A stretch of 64,000 nt of DNA, taken from assembly GCA_025558095.1 (NCBI GenBank), contig JAIVFI010000008.1, forward strand, positions 558,001-622,000, given 5' to 3'. The translations under genes were made by a program, and so were the position numbers. Shown here piece by piece: positions 54,004-64,000 of the stretch. The stretch's first letter is position 1; every line of letters starts with the position of its first letter. The notes under the pieces are model-generated. The model was not told where the DNA came from and ran no database searches. It saw only the letters and a list, made by a program, of their open reading frames with translations. This DNA comes from Hyaloraphidium curvatum SAG 235-1. Lineage: Eukaryota > Fungi > Monoblepharomycota.

Positions 54004-54904
54004 CTACCACCAGATCCAGCGAATCCACAGCACCGCGATGACTAGGAGCACCACTACGATTGGAGGGCCGTACTTCTGGTACAGCGCCTGGAGGTTCAAG
54101 CGTCGGGTGTCCTTCAGAAACTTTTTGGATTCCGAGGACAGGGATTGCGAAAGGTGGGACATTCCTGGTGGGCGGAAGAGTTTGTCAGGACTTTGCACGA
54201 CCGAGGCTCCGAAGCTACCCACGATCGAGCGACTCTCCGCGTCCGAGCACCTCGCCAATGTTCTTCGTCATTATCCGGGTCACGTCGTTGAGGTCGTCGT
54301 TCAGCTTCTGGAGGTTCTTTTGCGTCCGCGTATCTTTGTACTGCTTTTTGGTCTTTTGAATGAAGGTGTCTGCGCACGCGATATGACGATAAGCATCATT
54401 GATGCAGCCCCTCTGGCCCCGTAACCCCAACGGATCGTCGGCGACGTTCTGAATGCCAAGGACCGCTCACTGGTCCAGCGACCACAGCGGCCTTCCCCAA
54501 ACTCAAGCAACCGCCGCCAGCCGTCAGCGCCGCGCGCGGATCCATATCCCGGGGCTCAACGTACCAAACTTGACAAACGCGTACGGCCTGGCGACCCCGC
54601 CGACTTCGCTCCCGTACTTTTCCCCAAACTCCTTTTCGAGCTCCTCCAGGTACGCAAACGCGAGCTTCTTCGGGTAGCTCCGCTCCGTCAGGCAAAGGTA
54701 GCAGATTCCACGCTCAATGAGGTAGTGGAACACGTAGGGTCCGGTTTCGATGGAGCATTTGGGATCCGACTGCGGCGTGAGCCGCTTGAAGATCAGCTTC
54801 GCCTGCGATTTGTAGTCCGCGAGGTCGTCTGCCTCCTCGTCGTCCATCGAAGCGGCCAGGGGCAGCCCGTCCGCGACACGGGCAATAATTGTCGACTTGA
54901 CCAT
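54004..54904 (-). CDS. SEC22: R-SNARE Sec22
   Basis: [40 protein letters not shown]-terminal TM. Confidence 0.95.
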
Positions 54905-55072
54905 GACGGCCAAGAAGCGAGTCCGGAGACCGGAAGGGCGCCTTTCTGCGGCTTTATTCCTACTCGACGAGAGTGCCGAAAGGGTCGAAAGGTGTGGGGT
55001 CGGAGGAGCACGCGACGTGGCAGCCGCCGGGCCATCAAAGGTCGGTCACTGCCAGCTCATCCCCCAGACACC

Positions 55073-55903
55073 ATGGCAAACAGGGCTCCCAAGTGCGCCA
55101 TCGTGATCTACTCGCTTTATGGACACATCGCAAAGATGGCCGAAGCGGTGAAGGCCGGTGTCGAGAGCGTCGGAGGCACGGTTTCGCTCTACCAGTGAGT
55201 TTCCCGCCAAGCGCCTCCGTTCGGTCTCACAGTCGCGAGGCAGGATCGCGGAAACGCTTTCCTAGGACATTCTGCAGAAGATGGGCGCTCCGCCGAAGGT
55301 CGACTACCCGATTCTTGCTCCTAACGACTTGGCTGTGAGGCGATCCACACCCTCAGCTGCTCGCTCCGCCTGACGATCTCGGTGACACGCAGGAGTTCGA
55401 CGCATTCATCTTCGGCATCCCTACCCGCTATGGGTTCGTTCGATGTGATGCCAGTACCGCTTTGGATTCTGATTGGAGTGCAGCAACTTTCCCGCCCAGT
55501 TCAAGGCCTTCTGGGACGCGACGGGACAGCTCTGGGCCAAAGGCTCGCTCGCAGGAAGGTACGCAGCAGTCTTTGTGTCGACTGCTACGCTCGGAGGAGG
55601 ACAGGAGCAGTGGGTTGACCCTTTACAGCCCCGATCGCACACCTGATCAAGGTTTCCAGGACTGCGGCGAACGCGATGTCCACCTTCGCACACCACGGCA
55701 TCATCTATGTGCCCCTTGGTTACAGCAAGACGCCTAACTTAAGGAACACCAGCGAAGTACATGGCGGCAGCGCGTGGGGAGCGGGCACGATCGCTTCGAG
55801 CGACGGAAGCCGTCAGCCGAGCAAGCTGGAGCTCGAGATGGCGTTTGCTCAGGGCGCTATGTTCTGGAAGACCATTTCTCGTGTCGATTTCGATCGCGAG
55901 TAG
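55073..55903 (+). CDS. PST2: Flavodoxin-like NAD(P)H:quinone oxidoreductase (WrbA/Pst2 family)
   Basis: [46 protein letters not shown]. Confidence 0.9.
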
Positions 55904-55971
55904 TTGTCTGCAGATGTGCGGGGGAACGTGACGATCGACCAGTCAGAGGTCCAAGTCTCCCCGAATTCGCC

Positions 55972-58284
55972 ATGCTGAACCTGTCCCTGGATGGCTCCGG
56001 GGAGCCGAAGCCGGCGAATGCCGTCGGCCGTCGACGGAGACGCGAACGGGAGAGCGTGCTCCTGACGCGGGGCGAGGACGGCGAGATCCAGCCCGCCTTT
56101 GGGCCATCGTCTTTCAACCCGTTGCCTGTGCCGCAACCCGCGCCGCAGGCCGAGCCTGCGCCCAGCCAGAAGCCTGCGGAGCCAGATTCGGGCGCCGTCT
56201 ATGCGGGCGTGAAATGGCAGCCGCCAAAGATGGCAGCGCCAGCGAGGCCGCGCACCTCGCCTCTGGCTTCCGTAGCCACCTCCGGACGCGTCAACCGCGA
56301 CCTCGTCGTGGGCCGGCAGGGACTCCGATCCAGCGCCCGAAGCCTGAGGTCCTTGGCCCCATCGCTGGCCGACCCGGCTCCGGCAGCTGCGGAGCCTGAA
56401 CCTCAGCTTTCCCTCGACATCGTTGCTCCTGAAGCATACTCCTCTCCGACCTCCCGGACCGCTGCTCCGCCATCGAACGACGTCTTCGAAGTTCCAACCC
56501 CGCCGCCACTTACCGCGGACGAGAGTCTGTCAAAGAGCGAGGTCCGGGAGGACGCGAGGGACGACGTCTACGGCTTCAAGTCCTTCGAGGATGCCTTCAT
56601 TACCGCGGCCGAGCTTGTGGGCCGCGTGTTTCAGCCGGCGTATTCGTATGTTGATGGCTTTGTCCCCGCAGGACGCCACTCGGGAAAAGCTTGGTGATGA
56701 AGAGGCCCAGCTTCTGGCGGACCCCTGGGCTAGGCTCAACAAATGGAAGTCAATAGCCTCTTTGGGGCAAGAGCGACGCGAGAGCATTTCCACCGTGCTG
56801 TCGGAGAAAGCCACAATCGCGCTGGACTTGGTAAGTGCGCAGATGGAGCGAGATGGAAAGCGGGACCTTATGTTGCGCCAGGTTTCTTACGGGACCGGTC
56901 GACTTGTGCTTGCGAAAGGCTTCTTGGAATGGATCGGGCTCTTTGGCCGTGGGCCTGCGGCGGGCGATGATGCGTCACCGCGGACAGTTTTTCGATTCCC
57001 CTGCAACCTCCTGCTCAATCTTCGGCGCCGACCTCGGCCACTTGATGAGCGGGACCAGTCTCAGTCTCCTGCGGAAGTCATCATCTCGACCGAGATTGAG
57101 GGATCAGCTCTTCAGTTTGGGATAGGCGAAGGTACCGAAATTGGCGTTGCTGGCTTCCGGCTGCTAACGGGACTCGGAACAGGCATTTCGGCGGCAGATC
57201 GTTGCTTGGACCAGCTGCGTGCCGCGTGCATCGGCTCTTTGTCCGCTCAGCACAGCGCTGCAGTGCCGTCCGTGACCACTATGCCAGAAGCGCTCGTGGC
57301 GTCAGCGGTTGACAGCCCGCCAGCGACTTCCCTTGTGGACAATGCATTACCGGTTTCGTCGTTTGACACCCCTCCTTCGACGTCCCGCATGTGCGTCATG
57401 TCGCCATTTGCTTCTTCGGCTGACCGTCCGGAGAGCTTGGACGGAGATCTCATGGTCTTCAGGTGCGGGATCAGTGGCATCGAGATTGCTCTGGGGCTAA
57501 ACACCGTCGCAGCCCGACACCACCCTCACGGACAGTGTCGATTGCGAAGACTATGGCCACCGAGGCGCCCACCTCATCTTCTTCCGTAACGAAGCCCACT
57601 TTCCCCCTGTTAGACGAGCTATGCGAATCTTTGGAACTGGACTTTGGCACATCCGCACCCGCGACGACAGCCCCGGGCCCTATTGGAATCGAGGACTTGA
57701 CCTTTACAATGCGATTGCTGCCCGCGCTTTTGTCTGGGCCAGGGCTCCGGCACGACGCAGCGAACACTCCCAGACGAGCTGAGGATGGGACGCCAAAGCG
57801 GCAAGCTGCATCCGCGTTTGATGTAGGCATTGCGGACGCCATCAGGGCTGACTTTTACCGGCGCTTGGACGAAGCCAAGGCACGAAGGGATGCCGCGATC
57901 CGGAAAGCCGAGGAGGACTATGTTGCCGAGGCCGGGAGTCTCGAGCTCGAATTGGAAGCTGCGTTGGCATCAGCGCCTATGGCGCACCCGGAGCTTCTCG
58001 ACTTGGGCGGCGGACGGGATGGAGCGGAAGCCAATCCACGAGCGGCCGAGGAGCAGGAGGACCCGATCTGCGGACTGTGCTGCGATGCCGCCAAATCTAA
58101 AGGTGCGTCCACAGTCATAGGTGCCGTTATTCCACTGACACTTGAACCAGTGCTCCGGCCGTGCAACCACGCCCTCTGCGAATCTTGCCTCTCGCGTTTG
58201 TGTTCTGACGACGGTTCTGTCAAGTGCCCGTGGGACAGAAGCGACGTAACAGTCGAAGATTTGGAAGACGCAGTAACCTGGTGA
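55972..58284 (+). CDS. RING-finger protein (C3HC3D type) with long N-terminal region
   Basis: Three ORFs join in frame via GT-AG introns (e.g. 57463-57512); CGLC..PCNHALCESC..CPWD. Confidence 0.65.
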
Positions 58285-58360
58285 GGCCACTTTTCACCGC
58301 CACAAACAAGCCAATATAGAGTCGCCGTTCCGGAGCTCGCTACGCCCGTTTCCGTGTCGA

Positions 58361-60584
58361 ATGGCTGCAAAAGTGGCGCATCGTTGCTCTACGGGGATCA
58401 TCCGACCGTCATTTAGTCTCTATTTCGAGTGCTTCACGCGGGGACGCGTTGCGATCCTGCGCCGCCGCTCGTCGACGTCGGGCGTCTCTTCCAGGCGGAA
58501 CGCGTCGGGCCTGGCCAGAGAAACATTCTACGTGACAACCCCCATCTTCTACGTCAATGCTGGTCTGTAGAGGCCCCGGAATCTGCGATTGGAGGCCCCG
58601 GGACTGAGGTCTTCGACCTGTCAGCCCCTCACTTCGGGCACCTCTTCTCGTCGGTTGTCGCCGACGTGTACGCGAGATACTACAAGCTCAAGGGGCGGGA
58701 TGTTTTGTTCGCAACGGGAACGGATGAGCACGGGCAGAAGGTCCGTGCCATCGTGGGGACACTGGATTCTATTGTTGAACTGGATCCCCGGGTAGATCCA
58801 GGAGGCGGCGGCAAAGAGCGGCAAAACGCCTCAGGACTTTTGCGACGAGGTTTCCGTGAAGTTCAAGGTTCTGGCACCGCTCCCTCGTTACGATCCCGTC
58901 GAAAGCTCATTTCCGCGGTTCTACCCAGAATCTCGATCGTGCTGCAGACGTCGGCTACTCCGACTTCATCAGAACTACTGAAGCTCGACATAAAGCTGCA
59001 GCTACCGCGATTTGGGTACGCGAAATCCGCTGGGCGCGTGTTCATTGGCTGAGAATGCAACACCAGAACGAGCTTTTCCGCCGCGGACACATCTACAAAG
59101 GCTTCCACGAAGGCTGGTACGCCGTGTCGGACGAGACATTCTATCCAGCGAATGCGATCGTGGAGATCCAGGATCCGAAAAGCGGTGAGGCTTACAAGGT
59201 GAGTATTGGAGTCAGCGCTTGACAATTATGGCTCACAAGTCAGGCATAGGTCTCCAAGGAATCCGGCAGCCGAGTAGAGTGGATGAAGGAGGAGAACTAC
59301 AAGTTTCGTTTATCGTCGTTCGTCGAGCCTCTCATCACTTGGTTGGAAGCAAATCCAGATGGTGGGTCAGAGCATGTTGGGCTTGTTCGTTAGTTGATGT
59401 GTTCCGCAGCCGTCGTTCCCGCATTCCGCCATCGCGAAGTGCTGAACATGCTGCGTTCCCAATCGGAAATTGGGGACCTCTCGGTGTCTCGGTTGCGAAG
59501 CCGACTGAGCTGGGGGATACCGGTTCCCAACGACGCCGACCACGTCATGTATGTCTGGCTGGACGCGCTCACCAACTACCTTACCGTCGCTGGATATCCG
59601 AGCACGGAAGATGGGAAGCCGTTCTGGCCCGCAGACATCCACGTCATTGGTCAAGATATTGTCAGGTGGCGTTGGCCTCGTTTACACCGAAGCTCTTGGG
59701 CTTATGGAGCGCGCAGGTTCCATGCCATCTTTTGGCCGGCTTTTTTAATGGCTGCCGGGCTTCCGCTGCCAAAGCAGATCCTCGTTCACGCGCATTGGAC
59801 CGTAGATGGCGGCAAGATGTCGAAAAGCAAGGGGAACGTCGTGGATCCCTTCGAGCTCATCCAGCGCTATGGTGTGGACCCGGTCAGATACTACTTGATT
59901 CGCGACGGGAGCGTGTCTCACGATTCCGGTGAGCGTCTTGACGACCGGATTGATCGAGGCTGCTGACGCCATCCTTTGGCAGAGTTTTCCCAGACCGCGC
60001 TTCAGGCGCGGTACAACTCCGACCTCCTCAATCAGCTCGGGAACCTGTTGCAACGATGCACCTCGGCATCCATCAATCCGAGCGGGTTAGTCCCGGTAAA
60101 GCTCGATGGCGACGCACGGAGGGTCGGCGCTTTGCAAGAAACGATCGGATCTCTTGCCGGTGAGCCCGCAACTTCACCGTTGCAGGACTGTACCCTGATC
60201 GTTGTCACTCGCATCCAAGAGCGTTTCGACGCCGCAGTTTCGCGCAGAGACCTCACCGGGGCGCTAGATCTCGCAGCCTCAGCGATCGGGGACCTGAACA
60301 AGTTCTTCACGGACTCCAAGCCCTGGACACTCAAAAAGCCCGAGAACGCAGCGGATCTGCGAACCATCCTCTACTATACTTATGAAGGTCTACGGATCGT
60401 CGCCATCCTTCTTCAGCCGGTGATGCCGCGGACGACGAAGGAGGTGCTGGATAGGCTCGCGGTTCCCGCATCCGAAAGGTCCTTCTGCAACGCTCGACTG
60501 GGAGGTCGGTACGTTGCCGAAGCAGGCGGATTGGAAGCAAGGATAGTAGCGGGGTCGGGCGTGGTTTTTCCGAAGTTGGCGTGA
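58361..60584 (+). CDS. MSM1: Mitochondrial methionyl-tRNA synthetase
   Basis: Basic presequence; [39 protein letters not shown]. Confidence 0.93.
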
Positions 60585-60692
60585 AGAGGAGGTGAAGGGG
60601 CGGCGCCAGGGCCTGTGAAGAGATTTGATCAAGCCGGCCCAGCACAGCCGCCAGCCTTGGAGACGGAACGACCGAGTCCCCACCTTCGCACT

Positions 60693-60845
60693 GCAAGCAG
60701 CCGGCGTTACGAGCGATTGATCCGAGTCCCTGAAAAGCTTTAGCACTTCGCGAGCAGCCGCCGTCACGAGCGATTGATCCGAGTTTCCGAGTTCCCAGAA
60801 AAGCTCACGCTCCGCGAGCACTCGCCGTCACAAGCGATTGAGCCG
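60693..60845. repeat. Three imperfect tandem copies (spacing 57 and 64 bp) of a GCRAGCA..CGTYACRAGCGATTGA.CCG unit
   Basis: Copies start at about 60693, 60750 and 60814; read directly from the sequence. Confidence 0.85.
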
Positions 60846-60850
60846 CACCA

Positions 60851-62554
60851 ATGAGCGGCCTCCTTGCCGGATCGTACTCGCTCCTCGCGACGTGTTTCGG
60901 AGGGGCCGCCCTGCTTTCTCTTGGTCTGATTCGATATTACGAGGATTCATATGACAAGGAACGCCTGGCATCGTACACGTCGGCCGCAGGCATCGCGTTT
61001 GCCCTCGCCATGGTCGTGATCCTGCCCATCGACACCTTCCTGGTCTCGTCGACGACCGACAATACCACGGGGCTCAAATATGACTGGGCAACGCCGGACC
61101 TCGTAGCCAGCCTGACGCTAAATTTGAAGGGCATCTACTACAGCCTCTACGGAATCGTTCTGCTAATGTGTTCCGGCCTGGTTCCTTTCGCCTATTTCTT
61201 CTACGAATCGCTCGATGAAGACGAACCGCTGCCCACGAAGGAGCGGGTGCAGAACGCGCTCAAGTACACGGCATTCACCGTTTCGGTCGCTTTCCTCCTG
61301 ACGATACTGTCGCTGTTCATCGGAGTGCGATCGCGCGACGAAAAGATCGATCTGGGGTGGTTCGAGCGTCTGGCCACCATCCAGGGCGTAGAAAAGGCCA
61401 TGATCTTCATTATCGGAGTGCTGGCTCTGCTTGGACAGATTATTCTCGTCGGATACACCGCTCTGGGCCTCTCTTACCTTCCCATCTCCATGATCCGAGG
61501 GCGGGGCATCCCGCCGCAGGAGGTGGCCGAGGTTGAACGCGATCTTGCCGCAACCAGGGAAAAGATCCGGGCCATACAGGCCAAATACAGCGACGGACGC
61601 CGTCCGCAGGGTCGGGACCTGACGCAACTCCAGGAACTGCAGAGGCAGGAGCGGATCCTTATACGCAGGGAGCGCGTGATCCAGGAGTCCACGACGGGGC
61701 TGTGGTCCTGGGTCTTGTCGCTGCTGCGCCCGCTGGAGGTCGGCATTGGGTTCGCCGGGATGGCCCTGACGGTCGTCATCTTGCTGTCGATGGTTCTCTC
61801 CCTCATCGATCGGCTGGCCAACACCATTTGCTCATCCTGCGGTTTCTTGATCGATCATCAGCGTATCGTTAACCCGATCAACTTGATCCTCGTGCGGACG
61901 GCGCGCTACTTCCCCGTTGACCTGATCTTCTTCGCCATCCTCTTGCTGTGGATCTTCATGAGCACCGCGTCTGGGATCGTCCGGCTCGGCATCCGGGTTC
62001 TTTGGGTAAAGCTCTATCACGTGCGAAAGTCGGCAACGGCTCCCCAGGGCCTGCTGTTCACCTGCACGTTGCTCATGCTTTCTCTCCTTGGGCTGAATTA
62101 CACCGTCACCGTGCTGGCGCCACAGTATTCGGCTTTCGGCAACCAGCTCTTCTGCAATAACACGATCACGGACGAGATCACCAACGTCACGCGACGGGAT
62201 TGCACGGAAACGCCGGAGTTGATCCTGCCGTGCGCGCTCAGCGCGCCGGCCGAAATCTGCACTCCCACAGTCCTCTCCATCACCATGTCGTCGCTGCTGT
62301 ACAACCAGCCGACGTTGGCGTACCTGCTGTACATTAGCTCTTGGCTCTTTTGCGGAGCGTTTGTCTTGGGACTTGTGTTTGCTTTGGTTCGGCGCGCTCG
62401 GAGAGGAGGCTGGGACCCCGAGGACGACGACGAATTTGCCGACGACGAGCAGGAGTCCTTGCTGGGCAACGCCTCGAGGGACATTGCGGCGGACGCGAAC
62501 GACGCCATCCAGGGGACCGCTCGGCGCGCTCTCTTTGGCTCGCTGTTTGGATGA
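60851..62554 (+). CDS. LMBRD1: LMBR1-family membrane protein, probable lysosomal cobalamin transporter component
   Basis: LPIDTFLVSS, YTALGLSYLP, CGFLI..NPIN, FPVD, TAPQGLL, APQYSAFGNQ.FC, CTPT; acidic dileucine DEQESLL; intronless. Confidence 0.85.
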   Translation: MSGLLAGSYSLLATCFGGAALLSLGLIRYYEDSYDKERLASYTSAAGIAFALAMVVILPIDTFLVSSTTDNTTGLKYDWATPDLVASLTLNLKGIYYSLYGIVLLMCSGLVPFAYFFYESLDEDEPLPTKERVQNALKYTAFTVSVAFLLTILSLFIGVRSRDEKIDLGWFERLATIQGVEKAMIFIIGVLALLGQIILVGYTALGLSYLPISMIRGRGIPPQEVAEVERDLAATREKIRAIQAKYSDGRRPQGRDLTQLQELQRQERILIRRERVIQESTTGLWSWVLSLLRPLEVGIGFAGMALTVVILLSMVLSLIDRLANTICSSCGFLIDHQRIVNPINLILVRTARYFPVDLIFFAILLLWIFMSTASGIVRLGIRVLWVKLYHVRKSATAPQGLLFTCTLLMLSLLGLNYTVTVLAPQYSAFGNQLFCNNTITDEITNVTRRDCTETPELILPCALSAPAEICTPTVLSITMSSLLYNQPTLAYLLYISSWLFCGAFVLGLVFALVRRARRGGWDPEDDDEFADDEQESLLGNASRDIAADANDAIQGTARRALFGSLFG

Positions 62555-62642
62555 TTTGCTTTCTGTCATGTGTCCATCATCGTCAGAATACATCTTGGTA
62601 TTTGTTGTGGTATGGCACGAGAAAAGGAAGAAGAGAATGTGC

Positions 62643-63567
62643 TTAGTCTGTGTTGGGGGATCGCGTCAAACAAGCCACGAAAGAAGGGAGAGGAACGCAC
62701 AGTAACAGATTGTGTGAAGTAACGAGAAGCCTGTCGTTTTCGCCGTGGTCGTCACGATGTCCTCCATGTCTGCGTCGAGGTCCCGTGCCTTCTCAATCTT
62801 CACGAGCGGGTAAATCAGCTGGAGCTCGGCCGAATCAAGCCGCACCGACCATGTCGGTCATCTTCGCAATCGCTTGCGCGCCCTTTCCGGCCTCCTCCAC
62901 GTTATCCTTGATCTCGAAGTTGACGACATGCACCGGGACGTTGTAGACACCACCTCGCGCCGCGAGGTCTGTGGCACCGTCAGGGACGCTCCATATCTCG
63001 CCAGGCTGCTGCCCACCGTCGCAAACGGCATCCCACACCCGTGCCTCGCAAGTGATTATGACAGCAAAGAGGTCTCTGTTGTCCTGGAACCGCTCCGGCG
63101 CCGTTTTGATCTTCCTATTGCGGTCCAACATCCTGAGCAGCCCGTTGCTCGTGTACCTGTGCCGCAACGGAGCGTTCTAGCGCCGGCGGACGCCATCGAG
63201 CATGGTGCCTCCCCACAATTGCCGGTTTTTGCTCTCCAGATCGTGGTAGATAAAGTCGTACGGCGTGCCAAAGTCGTAGATGTTGGGCCGGTCCTGCGAC
63301 TCGCCGGGGAGACGGACGGCGGTGCCGGTCCCGAACGACCGAACGTTCAGATGGCGGCGGCTTCCACGAACAGTCAGGAACCTCGCGGCGAAAATGGGTC
63401 CGGCCCATACTTGAGAACGAGATGGGCCTCCATGCTCCGGTTCTGGTTGCTGGAGCAGATGACTACCCGAGCCGGCCAAGACGCGTCAGACGCCGGCTAA
63501 GCACGCATCGTGCATCTTCCAGCTCACCCGCATATTTGACGGGCTGCGTCGGCAACGAGATTGGCAT
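62643..63567 (-). CDS. SSU72: RNA polymerase II CTD phosphatase Ssu72
   Basis: VICSSNQNRSMEAH, SFGTG..VRLPG, YDFGTPY, IITCE, EIKDN; terminal 5-nt coding exon. Confidence 0.93.
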
Positions 63568-63751
63568 CTTCCTCGCGCTGTACGGCGGAGCGACGCGGAA
63601 CGTCAAACCCTTGTCACCAACTCAACTAACTGCATCCTTCCTCGGGCCACTCGGCCGACCGCATCACCGGGCTGGCCGAGGTGCTCGCTTGGCGTGCGAT
63701 CGTTTTTGCAAAGCTTGGACCAACCCCACCGGACACCCTTCGTGTTTTGAG

Positions 63752-64000
63752 ATGAGCGTTAGATCTGTCGGTTCGGACGCGGAGTTCACCGCACTGATCC
63801 GCGGAGCAACGGCAACGAAACTCGTGGTCGTGGACTTCTTTGCGACGTGGTGCGGCCCATGTCACGCTATCGCACCTACTGTGAAAGCCCTTGCGGAGAA
63901 GTACAAGCATGTGTCGTTTCTGAAGGTCGACGTCGATGCGCTGCAGGAGACCGCTTCGTCCAACGGAGTCACTGCGATGTGAGATCATTGTCCGGGAGAT
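63752..64000 (+). CDS. Thioredoxin or thioredoxin-like protein, 5' part (truncated by window end)
   Basis: LVVVDFFATWCGPC, FLKVDVD. Confidence 0.9.

Noticed and set aside
54372-54565. Unusually long SEC22 intron as a possible snoRNA host
   Set aside because: The CTGA and ATGATG elements are in the wrong order for a C/D snoRNA, and no convincing H/ACA structure is visible by eye
60693-60845. Repeat considered as a CRISPR array or cobalamin riboswitch
   Set aside because: Eukaryotic context, the inter-repeat segments resemble each other, no cas genes, and no recognisable B12-box

Overview
Gene-dense, GC-rich eukaryotic DNA with many short (mostly ~45-70 nt) spliceosomal introns. It is almost certainly fungal (stand-alone LYS1 saccharopine dehydrogenase; ATP21, HGH1, BMT5 and PST2-type genes). 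It is probably from an early-diverging, chytrid-grade lineage, inferred from animal-like features: RAD51B, a metazoan-type TACC domain and a synaptojanin tail with NPF/WVTFDD motifs. I can support about 40 protein-coding genes, mostly housekeeping. They lie in a strongly alternating head-to-head / tail-to-tail arrangement with tiny intergenic gaps, and one pair of stop codons overlaps. I saw no rRNA, tRNA, CRISPR array or transposase. Best leads: a stand-alone DNMT1-RFTS plus zinc-finger gene (Raf2-like), an intronless AT-richer FkbM methyltransferase that may be an insertion, SJ170-type endocytic motifs on synaptojanin, an adjacent RAD51B/MND1 pair, a tail-anchored TPR protein, a triplicated motif upstream of the LMBRD1-like gene, and GC-AG introns. 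Gene models were spliced by eye and family calls come from recognised motifs, not database searches. CDS coordinates span introns.
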